Source of the DNA: Mobula hypostoma
Lineage: Eukaryota
Length of the DNA: 64,000 nucleotides
Assembly: GCF_963921235.1 (NCBI RefSeq)
Contig: NC_086101.1
Location: 5,706,001-5,770,000 of the forward strand
Reading direction: 5' to 3'
The first letter of the stretch is position 1. The number at the start of each line of letters is the position of its first letter. Made by a program: the position numbers and the translations under genes. The notes below the pieces were generated by a model, which saw only the letters and a program-made list of their open reading frames with translations, was not told where the DNA came from and ran no database searches. Shown piece after piece: positions 38,202 through 52,340 of this stretch.

Positions 38202-39671
38202 CTGGGGGGAGAAGCAGAGAATTAGAGAGTCCCCGGGGATCGGGGGGAGACTCGGGCAGCGCGGCCCCGGGACCGGACCGGGGGAGAGGCCGCTGGGCCT
38301 CAGGCACCGTCGGGTGGCCGACAGGACTCTTTCCCGAGATTTTACCGAAACACAGCGGATGGACAACCAACATCTTCCCATGGTTTTTCCCCGACATGGA
38401 GAGCGGATTTTTCCCGATCAACACACACAAAATTCTGGAGGATCTCGGCGGGTAAAGCAACGTGTGTTAAGGGAGATGTACAGTCGATGTTTCAAGCCGA
38501 GACCTTTCCTCAAGGTTGGAAAGAAAGACGGGAGATAGCAGTGGAAATGGGTATGAGGAAGGGGCGCAACAACTGGATCCAGATGCGGATGGAGTGAGTG
38601 AACACTGGAGGCATTTAAAGAGGAGGTCAGGCAGAATTCATTCGTGCTGACCAACTCACTTTAATGAACTAGATCCATTTGCCTGTTTTTATCCATCATT
38701 CCTTTAACCCTTTCCCACCCCCATACCTGTCCAGACATCTTTTAAATCATTGTAACTGTATCCACCTCTACAGTTTCCTTTGGCAGCCTCCTGAGCTCCA
38801 GGAGAAAAGACCCAGAATGTCCAGCCTCTCCTTATAACCCAAACCCTCCAGTCCCAGTAACATCCTTGTAAATCCGTTTTATACCCGCTCAGGTTAATCA
38901 GATGTCCTGTAGAAAGATAACCAGACCTGTACAGAGTGATCCAAATCATAAAGACAAGAAAGTCTGACAGTGCTGGAAATCCAAAGCAACACACACAAAA
39001 CCTTGGCCCAAATCATTGAGTGTTTATTCGAGGGTTGTGAGAAGGTGGAATGAGCTGCCAGTGCCAGTGGTGCATGCAAGCTCGATTTAAACATTTAAGA
39101 GAAGTCTGGACAGGTACATGGATGGTAGGAGTTGGAGGACGATGGTCCCGGTGCAGGTCGATGGGAGCAGGTAGTTTAAATGTTTTGGTACAGACCAGGT
39201 GGGCTGAAGGGCCTGTGCTGTTAGTTTCTATCACTCTGTGACGCTCGTACAAAGACATAATGGTTTGTAGGTTAAATGGTCACTTTACATTGCCCCGTGA
39301 TTAGGCTAGTTTTAAATAGTTGGGGTGCTGGATGGAGCAGGTGATTGGTCTGGGATGGCCTGTTTCCCACTGTATCTAAATAAATAAATAACCCCTTCAC
39401 TGTCCATGAAACCACCAATTTTAGAGTTCTCCACAAACCTACTAAACACGTCACCTACATTCTCTCCAAATCATACATATGAATGATGAAAAACAGTGGA
39501 CCCAGCACCGATCCCTGCAGCACAACCGCTGGTCACAGGACTCCACCCAGACAATTCTGTATCCTATTCCAGATCGTATTGTATCCCATGTGATCTAACT
39601 CTCTGCTACCTTGTCAAATCCCTCGCTAAACTCCATGGAGACGATGTCTACTGCACTTTCATCAGCTGTAA

Positions 39672-40045
39672 TTTATTTATTGAGATACAGCACGGAATAG
39701 GCCCTTCCGGCCCTTTGACCCCCACCACCCAGAAACCCCTGATTTAATCCGAGCCTCACCATGGGACAAGTTACAATGACCCCCACCACCCAGAAACCCG
39801 ATTTAATCCGAGCCTCACCATGGGACAAGTTACAGTGACCCCACCACCCAGCAACCTCTGATTTAATCCCAGCCTGACCATGGGACAAGTTACAATGACC
39901 AATTAACCTGCCAACCAGGACAGGTTTGGACTGTGAAACCGGAGAACCCCGAGGAAATCCACACGGACACGGGGAGAACGTACAAACTCCTGACAGGCAG
40001 TGATGGGACGTGAACCCGGGTCACTGGTACTGTAAATCATTGTAC
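39672..40045 (-). mobile_element. V-SINE with a ~60-bp x3 internal tandem amplification (39717-39900)
   Basis: V-domain aaaccggagaaccccgaggaaatccacacggacacggggagaacgtacaaactcc, and repeats of gacccccaccacccagaaaccc..gatttaatccgagcctcaccatgggacaagttaca. Confidence 0.75.
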
Positions 40046-41339
40046 TTCCCAGGCTTTTCCCAACACCTATCTTCAATAAAGTTTCAACATTAGTCTCCCT
40101 CCAGTCTTCTGGCCCCTCACCCACAGCTATCGATGACACACATATCTCCAAAAGGGCTCCACACTTTCCTCCTGAGCTTCCCACAATGTCCTGGGATACA
40201 CTCGATCAGGACCTGGGGATTTATCGACCTTTCCGCATTTTAGGACCTGCAGCACATTTGCTTCTGTAATGTGGTAGAAAATGAAGTCGATCATCTTCTG
40301 TAACACGGGGGAACTGAAGGCCCCGTGGAACTGCACAGAAGAGAAGTTGAGGCCTATGACAGAGAAATGATGACAGGGAAGGTTTAGAAGGGTACGAGCT
40401 AAATGCAGGTAGATGGGCCGAGGGTTGATCTGACAGAAATATATAATGTAATGAAGGGTGTAGATTGAGCAGATGGCAGATCACATGCTCTGAGGTGAGA
40501 GGAAGGAGTTTAAAGGTGAGTATTTGAACAGTGAGTGGTTGATGTTGGAACTTGCTGCCAGAGGAGGTGATGGAATCAGATACAATCACTGTGTTTACGA
40601 GACACTCAGACAGACACTTCAATAGACAAGGCTCAGAAGGAGACTGACCTAAATAGGTCAGAACAGACGTGATGGGCTGAAGGGCCCATTTCAATACTGT
40701 ACAGTGATGACCCTGTGACTTTAAATGAACTGAATGACTGAGACCCCACAGCCTCCGGTGCACAGAATTCCAGACACACCATCCTGTGAGGGTCCACCCC
40801 ATCCTGAGACAGAGACCCCTGACCCTCGACTCCTCAGACAGGGGAAACATCCTCCCTGCATCCTGCCTGCTGCATTTGGAAAGACAAGGGACAGTCAGCA
40901 CGGTGTTGTGCATGGAAAATCACATCTCACAAGTTCCAGTTTGTTGAAGAGGTGACAGAGAGGATTGACCAGGACAGGGTGGTAGACATTGTCTGCATGA
41001 ACTTCACCAAGGCCTTTGATGTTGATCATAGACCACACATGGAGTATTGTGAGCATTTCTGGTTCCCCAACTATGGGAAGATGTCATTACACTGGTCAGG
41101 AAGCTTCAGGAGGCTGTAACAATGGCTGGAGGGCTTGGGTTAAAAGGAGAGACTGGATAAGCTGGGGATATTTCCCTGGAGCGATGGATGTTGAGGGTTG
41201 ACCCCTTACCGAGGAATATAAAATCAGGGGTGGATGTAAGGTTATGGTCTTTTTCCCCAGAAAGGGGGAGTCCAAAACCAGAGGGCAGACAGGGAAGGTG
41301 AGAGGGGAAAGTTTTTTAAGGGAGCTGCAGGGCAACCAG

Positions 41340-42295
41340 TGACCGATCGGCATCTGGGATTGATTAGGAAGAGCAAATTAAAGGAAGACGGGCAAACACA
41401 GCAGCCATCGTCTGAGTGGACATCGTCAGAGTGGTGATCTTCAGGCTTCAGTGAAAAGAGGCTTCGCACAGATAAAGCAAAGGAAAGAAGAGCTCACATT
41501 TTTTCCTTCTCTTCTTTTTATCTGCTCAGCCAGGACGGTAGAGATGCCAGGCAGGATAGTCAAATGCTCCTCTTGCGGGATGTGGGAAGGCAGGGAGACC
41601 TCCAGTGTCCCTGATGACTACAACTGTGAGATGTACATCCAGCTGCAGCTTCTAACAAACCACGTTAAGGAGTTGTAGCTGGAACTGGGTGAACTCTGGA
41701 TCATTCGGGAGGCTGAAGGCATGAGAGACAGGACGTAGAGAGAGGTAATTACACCCAAGGTGCAGGACACGGAAACTGGGTGACAGTCAGGAAGGGGAAA
41801 GGGGGTTAAGGAGCCAGTGCAGAGTACCCCTGTGGCCATCTCCCTCAACAACAGGATACTGCCCGGCGGGGGGGGGGGGGTCACCTAACAGAGGAAAGTC
41901 ACAGTGGTCGAGTCCCTGGTACTGAGTCTGCCTCTGTGACTCAGAAGGGAAGTGGGAGAAGAGGGATGCTGTGGTGACAAGAATTTGTTAGTTGGGGAAA
42001 AGGTCAGGAGGCTCTGTGGGTGAGAACGAGATTCCCAGATGGGATGTTGCCTCCCGGGTGCCTGGGTCTGGGATATCTCGGATTGAGTCCTCAGCATTCT
42101 TAAGTGTGAGGGTGAACAGCCAGAAGTCGTGCTCCATATTGATACCAAAGACATGGGTAGGATGAGTGATGAGGTTCTGCAAAGGGAGTTTAAGGTGTTA
42201 GGTGCTGAGTTAAAGGTCATGACCTCCAGGGTTGTGATCTCAGGATTGTTCTCCGTGCCACATGCCGGTGAGGCCAGAACAAGCAAGATTATACA
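41340..42295 (+). mobile_element. CR1 5'UTR and ORF1 remnant
   Basis: Peptides VKCSSCGMWE...DDYNCEMYIQLQLL and VVISGLFSVP. Confidence 0.8.
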
Positions 42296-42404
42296 AGCAG
42301 AGACGACACAATCAGAAATCGGCACTGACCTGGGCCGACAATTACGTGTCGGGCGGCACCTAATTAATTAGCTTGTTTATTTCGGCTTTTTTCTTAAAGG
42401 TGTG

Positions 42405-44992
42405 AACATAGAACATAGAATAGTACAGCACAGTACAGGCCCTTTGGCCCACAATGTTGTGCCAACCCTCAAACCTTGCCTCCCATATAAGCCCCTACCT
42501 TAAATTCCTCCATATACCTGTCTAGTAGTCTCTTAAACTTCACGAGTGTATCTGCCTCCACCACTGACTCAGGCAGTGCATTCCACACACCAACCACTCT
42601 CTGAGTAAAAAACCTTCCTCTAATATCCCCCTTGTACTTCCCACCCCTTACCTTAAAGCCATGTCCTCTTGTATTGAGCAGTGGTGCCCTAGGGAAGAGG
42701 CGCTGGCTGTCCACTCTATCTATTCCTCTTATTATCTTATACACCTCTATCATGTCTCCTCTCATCCTCCTTCTCTCCAAAGAGTAAAGCCCTAGCTCCC
42801 TTAATCTCTGATCATAATGCATACTTTCTAAACCAGGGAGCATCCTGGTAAATCTCCTCTGTACCCTTTCCAATGCTTCCACATCCTTCCTATAGTGAGG
42901 TGACCAGAACTGGACACAGTACTCCAAGTGTGGCCTAAACAGAATTTTATAGAGCTGCATCATTATATCGCGACTCTTAAACTCTATCCCTCGAGTTATG
43001 AAAGCTAACACCCCATAATCTTTCTTAACTACCCTATCCACCTGTGAGGCAACTTTCAGGGATCTGTGCACACGTACCCCGAGATCCTTCTGCTCCTCCA
43101 CACTACCAAGTATCCTGCCATTTACTTTGTGCTCTGCCTTGCAGTTTGTCCTTCCAAAGTGTACCACCTCACACTTCTCTGGGTTGAACTCCATCTGCCA
43201 CTTCTTAGCCCACTTCTGCATCCTATTAATGTCTCTCTGCAATCTTTGACAATCCTCTACACTATCTGCAACACCACCAACCTTTGTGTCGTCTGCAAAC
43301 TTACCAACCCATCCTTCTACTCCACATCCAGGTCGTTAATAAAAATCACGAGAAGTAGAGGTCCCAGAACAGATCCTTGTGGGACACCACTAGTCACAAT
43401 CCTCCAATCTGAATGTACTCCCTCCACCACCACCCTCTGCCTTCTGCAGGCAAGCCAATTCTGAAACCACCTGGCCAAACTTCCCTGGATCCCATGCCTT
43501 CTAACTTTCTGAATAAGCCTACCGTGTGGAACCTTGTCAAATGCCTTACAAAAATCTATATAGATCACATCCACTGCACTACCCTCATCTATATGCCTGG
43601 TCACATCCTCAAAGAACTCTATCAGGCTTGTTAGACACGATCTGCCCTTCACAAAGCCATGCTGACTGTCCCTGATCAGACCATGATTCTCTAAATGCCC
43701 AGAGATCCTATCTCTAAGAATCTTTTCCAACAGCTTTCCCACCACAGACGTAAGGCTCACTGGTCTATAATTACCTGAACTATCCCTACTACCTTTTTTG
43801 AACAAGGGAACAACATTCACCTCCCTCCAATCCTCCGGTACCATTCCCGTGGACAACGAGGACATAAAGATCCTAGCCAGAGGCTCAGCAATCTCTTCTC
43901 TCACCTCGTGGAGCAGCCTGGGGAATATTCCGTCAGGCCCCGGGGACTTATCTGTCCTAATGTATTTTAACAATGCCAACACCTCCTCTCCCTTAATATC
44001 AACATGCTCCAGAACATCAACCTCACTCAAATTGTCCTCACCATCATCAAGTTCCCTCTCATTGGTGAATACCGAAGAGAAGTATTCATTGAGGACCTTG
44101 CTCACTTCCACAGCCTCCAGGCACATCTACCCACCTTTATCTCTAATCGGTCCTACCTTCACTCCTGTCATCCTTTTTTTCTTCACATAATTGAAGAATG
44201 CCTTGGGGTTTTCCTTTACCCTACTCGCCAAAGCCTTCTCATGCCCCCTTCTTGCTCTTCTCAGCCCCTTCTTAAGCTCCTTTCTTGCTTCCCTATATTC
44301 CTCAATAGACCCATCTGATCCTTGCTTCCTAAACCTCATGTATGCTGCCTTCTTCCACCTGACTAGATTTTCCACCTCACTTGTCACCCATGGTTCCTTC
44401 ACCCTACCATTCTTTATCTTCCTCACCGGGACAAATTTATCCCTTACATCCCGCAAGAGATCTCTAAACATCGACCACATGTCCATAGTACATTTCCCTG
44501 CAAAAACATCATCCCAATTCAAACCCGCAAGTTCTAGCCTTATAGCCTCATAATTTGCCTTTCTCCAATTAAAATTTTCCTGTCCTCTCTGATTCTGTCC
44601 TTTTCCATGATAATGCTAAAGGCCAGGGAGCGGTGGTCACTGTCCCCCAGATGCTCACCCACTGAGAGATCTGTGACCTGACCCAGTTCATTACCTAGTA
44701 CTAGATCTAGCATGGCATTTCCCCGGTCAGCCTGTCCACATACTGTGACAGGAATCCATCCTGGACACACTTAACAAACTCTGCCCCATCTAACCCCTTG
44801 GAACTAATCAGGTGCCAATCAATATTAGGAAAGTTAAAGTCATCCATGATAACAACCCTGTTATTTTTGCACTTTTCCAAAATCTGCCTCTCAATTTGCT
44901 CCTCTGTATCTCTGCTGCTACCAGGGGGCCTATAGAAGACCCCCATTAGAGTAACTGCTCCCTTCCTGTTCCTGACTTCCACCCATATTGAC
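42405..44992 (-). mobile_element. Young 5'-truncated CR1, same subfamily as 20349-23665, inserted into a DNA-transposon remnant
   Basis: Translations are almost identical to those of 21544-23449 (e.g. MNWDDVFAGKCTMDMWSMFRDLL, KILFRPHLEYCVQFWSPHYRKD). Confidence 0.93.
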
Positions 44993-45589
44993 ATATGTGC
45001 TGTGTACCTCCTGGCTACCGCTGGACCCCTGCGTGCCTCGCGGAATGTATCGCTCGGTGGCCTGGAGGGTGGGAACCACTACACCACCCAACCTGCGACG
45101 ACCCATCATCCGTGTGCTCGGCAAGTTATCTTCCCCATTCCCGTAAGTGATACTACACTGTACATACATTATTTCTACTTTATGTTAGCTGCGTATTTTT
45201 ACGTGTTATTTGGTATGATTTGGCAGATTCATAGCTTAAAGGTTACTGGAGAGTGTTCTTGCCAACAGCGCTTGCGTGAGATTTTCTGTCGATGGTGCTT
45301 GCGTGAGATTTTCGCTACGGAGAACAGTTCAGTAATGATTGTGGAAAAGTATTTCTACTTTATATAGGCTGTGTATTTATCATATCATTCCTGCTTTTAC
45401 TATATGTTACTGTTATTTTAGGTTTTATGTGTTATTTGGCATGATTTGGTAGGTTATTTTTGGATCTGTGCACACTCACAAAATTTTCCCATACAAATAA
45501 ATGGTAATTGCTTCTTCACTTTACGACATTTCGGCTTACAAACCGTTTCATAGGAACGCTCTACCTTCGGATGGCGGGGGAAACATGTA
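44993..45589. mobile_element. Tc1/mariner (Tigger-like) non-autonomous DNA transposon remnant; left part ~42295-42404
   Basis: AT-rich body ending ...cttcggatggcgggggaaacatg-TA, which resembles a Tigger-type terminus with a TA target. Confidence 0.5.
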
Positions 45590-48500
45590 TTAATGGTAAG
45601 ACTATTGGCAGTGAGGAGGATCGGAGAGATCTTTGGATTTGAGTCCATAGGACGCTCAAAGCTGATGTGCAGGTTGACTCTGTGGTTAAGAAGGCATACG
45701 GTGCATTAGCCTTCATCAATAAAGGAATTGAGTTTAGGAGTCGAGGAGTAATATTGTAGCTATATAGGACCCTGGTCAGACCCCACTTGGAGTACTGTGC
45801 CCAGTTCTGGTTGCTTCACTACAGGAAGAATATGGAAACCATTGTAATGGTACAGAGGAGATTTACAAAGATATTGCCTGCATTGGGGAGCACGCCTTAT
45901 GAGAACAGATTGAGTGAACTCGGCCTTTTCTCCTTGGAGCGACGGAGGATGAGAGGTGACCTGATAGAGGTGTATAAGATGATGAGAGGCATTGATCATG
46001 TGGATAGTCAGAGGCTTTTTCCCAGGGCTGAAATGGCTAACACGAGAGGGCAGAGTTCTAAGGTGCTTGGAAGTAGGTACAGCGGAAATGTCAGGGTTAA
46101 GTTTTTTTACGCAGGGAGTGGTGAGTGCATGGAATGGGCTGCCAGCGATGGTGGTGGAGGCGGATAAGACAGAGTTGTTTAAGGGACTCCTGGATAGGTA
46201 CATGGATCTTAGAAAAATAGAGGGCTATGGGTAACTCTCGGTAAATTCTCAGGTAAGGACATGTTTGGCACAGCTTTGTGGGCTGAAGGGCCTGTATTGT
46301 ACTGTAGGCCTTCTATATTTCTACATCCCAAAGAACAAGTATTCTAAAGGCAAGATGATATAACTGTGGCTAACAAGAGAAGTCAAAGCCAACATAAAAG
46401 CCAAAGAGAGGGCACATAAAAGAGCAAAAAAATTTTGTGGGAAGTTGGAGGATTGGGAAACTTTTGAAACCAACAGAAGGCAACTAAAAAGTAATTAGGA
46501 AGGTAAAGATGGAATACAAAATTAAGTTAGCCAATAATATTAAAAAGGTTAACAAATGCTTCTTCAGATACATAAAGAGTGAAAGACCATAAGACACAGG
46601 AGCAGAATTAGGCCATCTGCCCATCAATTCGTCTGCGCCATTCAATCATGGCTGATCCTTTTTTTTTATCTACCCCTCAACCCTAGTTCCCAGCCTTCTC
46701 CCTGTAACCTCTGAAACCATGTCTGTTCATGAACCTAGCAATCTCTGCCTTAAATACACCAACGACCCGGCCTCCACAGCTGCATGTGGCAACAAAGTCT
46801 ACAAACTCACCACCCTTTGGCTAAAGAAATTTCTCCGCATCTCTGTTCTGAAAGGGTGCCCCTCTATCCTGAGGCTGTGCCTTCTTGTCCTAGACTCTCC
46901 CAGAGTGGGAAACATCCTTTCCATACCTACTCTGTCTAGGCCTTTCAACATTTGAAAGGTTTCAATGAGATCCACCCTCATCCTTCTGAAATTCAAACCC
47001 AGAGCCATCAAGCGTTCCTTGTATGATAACCCTTTCATTCCTGGAATCATCCTTGTGAACCTCCTCTGGACCCTCTCCAATGCCAGCACATCTTGGAGAG
47101 TCCAAAACTGTGGGAGTCCAAATGTGAGGCCTCACCAGTGCCTTATAAAGCCTCAGCATCACATCTTTGCTCTATTCTAGATCTCTTGAAATTAATGCTA
47201 ACATGGCATTTGCCTTCCTCACCACTGAGTCAACTTGCAAGTTAACTTTTAGGGTGTTCTGCACAAGAACTCCCAAGTCCTTGTGCATCTCAGATTTTTG
47301 GATTTTCTCCACATTTAGAAAATAGTCTGCACATTTATTTCTACTACCAATGTGCATTACCATGCATTTTCCAACATTGTATTTCATTTGCCACTTTCTT
47401 GCCTATTCTCCTAATCTGCCCGAATCCTTCTGCATCCTACCTGTTTCCTCAACACTATCTGCCCATCCACCAATTTTCATATCATCTGCAAACTTGGCAA
47501 CAAAGCCATCTATTCCATCATCTAAATCATTGATACACAGTATAAAAAGAAGTGGTCTCAACACCAACCCCCGCAGAACACCACTCGTCACTGGCAGCCA
47601 ACCAGAAAAGGATCCTTTTCTTCCCACTTACTGCCAACTACCAATCAGCCAATGCTCTAACCATGTTAGTAACTTTCCTGTAATACCATCGGCTCTTAAC
47701 TTGGGAAGCAGCCTCATGTGTGGCACCTTGTCAAAGGCCTTACTGAAAGTCCAAATACACAACATCCAATGCATCCCCTTTATCTATCCTTCTTGTAATC
47801 TCCTCAAAGAATTCCAACGGGTACATCAGGCAGGATTTTCCCAAAAGGAAACCATGCTGACTTTATACTATCTTGTTCTGTGTCATCACATACCCCAACA
47901 CCTTATCCTTAACAATTGACTTGAACATCTTCCCAACCACTGAGGTCAGGCTAACTGGTCTATAATTTCCTTTCTGCTGCCTTCCTCCTTTCTTAAAGAG
48001 TGGAGTGACATTAGCAATTTTCCAGTCCTCTGACACCATGCCAGAGTCCAATCATTTTTGAAAGGTCATTTCTAATGCCACCACAATCTCTAACACTACC
48101 TCACTCAGAACCCTAGGGTGCAGTTCCTCTGGTCCGGGTGACTTATGTACCTTTAGGTCTTTCAGCTTTTTGAGCACCTTCTCTCTTGTAATAGTAACTG
48201 CACTCACTTCTCTTCCCTCACACACATCAACATCAGGCATACTGCTAGTGTCTTCCACAGAGAAGAGTGATGCAAAATAGTCATTCAGTTCACCAGCCAT
48301 CTCCTTGTCCTCTGTTGTAATTTCTCCTGCTTCATTTTCTAGCGGTCCAATATCCACTCTGGGACCTATTTCTCTTTTATTTTTAACATGGACAAAACTT
48401 CTACCATCCACTTTGATATTATTTGCGAGCTTGCTTTCATATTTCATCTGTCCCCTTCCAATGATTTGTTTAGTTGCTCTCTGTAGGTTTTTAAAAACTT

Positions 48501-51500
48501 CCCAATCCACTATCATCCCACTAATTTTTGCTCTGTTGTATGCCCTCTCTTTCGCTTTTTCAATAGCTTTGACTTCCCTTGTCAGACATGGTTGGACTAT
48601 TTTACCAGTTGAGTATATCTTCACTGTTGGACGAAATGAAGAAATACTCATGTCCTGCACCTTCCTCATATTTCCCAGAAACACACATCATTGCTGCTCT
48701 GCTGACATCCCTGCCAGCAGCTCCTTCCAATTTACTTTGGCCAACTCCTCTCTCATACCACTGTAATTTCCCTTACTCCACTGAAATACTGCTACATCAG
48801 ACTTTACTTTCTCCCTATCAAATTTCAAGTTGAACTCAATCATACTGTGATCACTGGTTCCTAAGGGTTATTTTACCTTAAGCTCCCTAATCGCCTCTGG
48901 TTCATTACATATCAGTCAATCTAGTATAGCTGATCCCCTAGTAGGCTGAATGACATATTGCTCTAAAAAGCCATCTCTTTGGCATTGAACAAACTCACTC
49001 CCTTGTGATCCATTACCAACCTGATTTTCCCAATCGACCTGCATGTTAAAATCTCCCATGACTACAATAACATTGCCCTTTTGACACGCCTTTTCTATTT
49101 CCTGTTGTAATCTGTGGTCCACCTCCCAGCTCTGTTGGGAAGCCTGTTTATAACTTCCATCAACGTCCTTTTACCCTTGCAGTTTCTTAACCCGACCCTC
49201 AAGTATTCAACATCGTCCGATCCTGTGTCACATCCTTCTACTGATTTGAGGCCATTCTTTACTAGTAGAGACACACCACCCCCTCTGTCTACCTTCCTAT
49301 CACTCCGATATAACGTGTAACCTTGGACATTCAGCATAACTACAACCATCCTTCAGCCACGATTCAGTGACGGCTTCAACATCATACCTGGCAATCTGTA
49401 ATCGTGCAACAAGATCATTCACTTTATTTCTTATACTACTTGCATTTAGATACAACATCTTGAGGACCGCATTTGCTGTCCTTTCTGATTCTGCATCCCT
49501 AATGTTTTGATACTCGGCCTGTTGGCTACAACTGAGTCCCATCACCTGCCTGCCCTTCCTGACAGTCTGACTGCACGCTGTCTTTACATTTTTACCATCC
49601 ATCCTATCCTGAGTCCCTTCACTCCAGTTCCCACCCCCCCCCCGCCAATTTAGCTTAAACCCTCCCCAACAGCTCTAACAAAGCTTCCCGCGAGAATATT
49701 GGTCCCCCTCGGATTCAGGTGCAACCCATCACTTTTGAACAGGTCATACCTCCCACAGAAGAGGTCCCAATGATCCAAGGACCTGAAGCCCTGTCCCTGC
49801 ACCAGCTTCTCAGCCACACATTTATCTGCCAAATCATCCTGTTTGTACCCTCACTGGCACGTGGCATAGGCAGCAATCCAGAAATTAGTACCCGGGAGAT
49901 GCTAATTTCTGGATTAGTGAGAGGCAAGAGTGGATATCAGACTGCGGGAAACCAATGCTGGAGAGGTAGTAATGGGGGACAATGAAAGGGTGGATGAACT
50001 GAAGACGTATTTTGCATCAGTCTTCACTGTGGAAGAGACGAGCAGGATGGTGGAAGTTCCAGATGTCAGGGGGATTGAGGTGTGTGAGGTTGCCATTACT
50101 AGACAGAAAGTTCTTTGGAAACTTGAAGATCTTAAGGTAGCTGTCACCTGGACTAGACGGTGTACATGCCAGAGTTCTGAAAGAGGTGGCTGAAGAGATC
50201 GTGGAGGCATTAGTAATGACCCTTCAAGAATCACTAGATTCTGGAATGGTTCTGGAAGTGTGGAACATTGCAAATGTCACTCCACCGTTCAAGAAGAGAG
50301 AGGCAGAATAAAGGAAACTCTGGGCCAGTTAGTCTGACCTCAGCGGCTGGGAAGATGTTGAAGTTGATTATTAAAGCGGACTTGTCAGGGTACTTGGAGG
50401 CACAGGATAAAATAGGCCGTAGTCAACATGGTTTCCTCAAGGAAAAATCTTGCCTGACAAATCTGTTGGAATTCTTTGAAGAAATAACAAGCCAGATAAA
50501 CAAAGGAGAATCAGTTGATGTTGTGTACTTGGATTTTCAGAAGGCCTTTGACAAGATGCCACACATGAGGCTACTTAACAAGCTTTGAGCCCACGGTATT
50601 ACAGGAAAGATCCTGGCATGGACAAAGCAGTGGCTGATTGGCAGGAGGCAAAGAGTGGGAATAAAGGGAGCCTTTTCTGGCTGGCTTCCAGTGGCTAGTG
50701 GTGTTCCACAGGGGTCTGTGCTGGGACTGATTCTTTTTACATTGTATGCCAATTATTTGGATGATAAAATTGATGGCTTTGTTGAAAAGTTTGCAGACGA
50801 TCTGAAGATAGGTGGAAGGGCAGGTACTTTTGAGGAAGTAGGGAAGCTACAGAAGGACTTTGACAGTTTTGGAGAATAGGCAAAGAAATGACAGATGGAA
50901 AACAGTGTCAGGAAGTGTATGGTCATGCACTTTGGTAGAAGAAATGTAAGGCTTGACTATTTTCTAAATGGAGAGAAAATATAAAGAAAACTGAGGTGCG
51001 AAGGGACTTGGGAGTCCTTGTGCAGAATTCCATAAATGTTAATTTGCAGATTGAGTCTGTGGTGAGGAAGGTCAATGTGATGTTAGGATTCATTTCAAGA
51101 AGACTAGAACATAAAAGCAAGGATGTAATGCTGGAACTTTATAAAGCACTGGTCAGGCCTCATTTGGAGTATTGTGAGCAGGTTTGGGCCCTTTATCTCA
51201 GAAAGGATGAGCTGAAACTGGAGAGGGTTCAAACGAGGTTCATGAAAATGATTCCAGGTTTGAATGGCTTGTCATATGAAGAGCGTTTGATGGCTCTGGG
51301 ACTGTATTCACCGGAATTCAGAAGAATGAGGGGTGATCTCACTGAAACCTATCGATTGGTGAAAGGCTTTGATAGAGTGGATATGGAGAGGATGTTTCCT
51401 ATGGTGGGAGAGGCTAAGACCAGAGGACACAGTCTCAAAATGGGGAAGTTTCCTTTCAGGACAAAGATGTGGAGGAATTTCTTTAGCTAGAGAGTGGTAA

Positions 51501-51725
51501 ATCTGTGGAATTCTTTGCCACAAGCTGATGTGGAGGCCAAGTCTTTATGTATATTTAAGGCAGAGGTTGATAGATTCTTGATTGGTCAGGGCATGAAGGG
51601 ATATGGGGAGATGGCAGGAGATTCGGGCTGAGAGGAAAATTGGATCAGCTAAGATGAGATGGTGGAGCAGACTCGATGGGCCAAATGGCCTAATTCTGCT
51701 CCTATATCTTAGTCTTATGGTCTAT
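45590..51725. mobile_element. Nested CR1s: plus-strand copies (45590-46325; 46325-46583 resuming ~49915-51725) with a minus-strand copy (~46584-49885) inserted
   Basis: RT, APE and esterase peptides occur on both strands, and the host reading frame resumes after the insert. Confidence 0.85.
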
Positions 51726-52087
51726 AGTGTAATTAAAATATTTTCAAATACATTTAGACAGGTACACAGATAGGAAATGGTTAGAGGGATATGGGACAAA
51801 CACACGGAAATGGGACTTACTCAAGAAGACATCTTAGCCCGAATGGATGGGTTGGGCCATGGGTTCAACCTCTACCAAACCCCTTCCCAGATCATCCTCC
51901 TGAGGGATCTCACCCTGGAGTCTGTCTGTCAACTGTTGGTGTGACCTCAGTTCAGAGGGCAGTTCAGTGCCACAAAAACAGGCAAATTGCATAAAGGTGG
52001 CAGATTTCATTCTTAAATGTAAGTTTGAGTCGTGTTTCTGACGCTGTGTCCCAGTCTGCTGGTGTATCTGGGTATTTATCACTGTTT

Positions 52088-52122
52088 TGTGTGTGTGTGT
52101 GTGTGTGTGAGTGTGTGTGTGT
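52088..52122. repeat. (TG)n microsatellite
   Basis: Direct inspection. Confidence 0.95.
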
Positions 52123-52304
52123 AATGCTGTGCACTGCTGAGGCTCTGACTACAGTCTATCAATCGTCCTTGTGCATGTGTGTGAGGGAGATTTGCCAGGC
52201 TGGTTACATGATCCTCTCCCATCGTTCACCGAGGGCAATGCTGATCGGTGTGTCCGGGCTCAGTCTGACGATGCTTCAATGTGGTGGTTTGATAACAACA
52301 GTGA

Positions 52305-52340
52305 GACTCGCGAGTCCAGCAGGGGGCAGAGCTGAGTCAA
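52305..52340 (+). promoter_or_regulatory. Candidate CTCF site with adjacent AP-1/MARE-like site and CGCG palindrome
   Basis: CCAGCAGGGGGCAG (52316-52329) matches the CTCF core consensus. TGAGTCA at 52333-52339 and palindrome GACTCGCGAGTC at 52305-52316. Confidence 0.5.

Noticed and set aside
38202..38460. N-terminal part of ORF 37897-38460 as coding sequence
   Set aside because: It lies upstream of a clear polypyrimidine-AG acceptor at 38203-38202 and starts in a Penelope pLTR remnant, so it is intron.
40273..40330. Possible extra TRIM linker exon (acceptor cttctcttctgtgcAG, FHGAFSSPVLQKMIDFIF)
   Set aside because: No donor site is evident, it runs directly into a CR1 fragment, and the gene already splices in phase without it.
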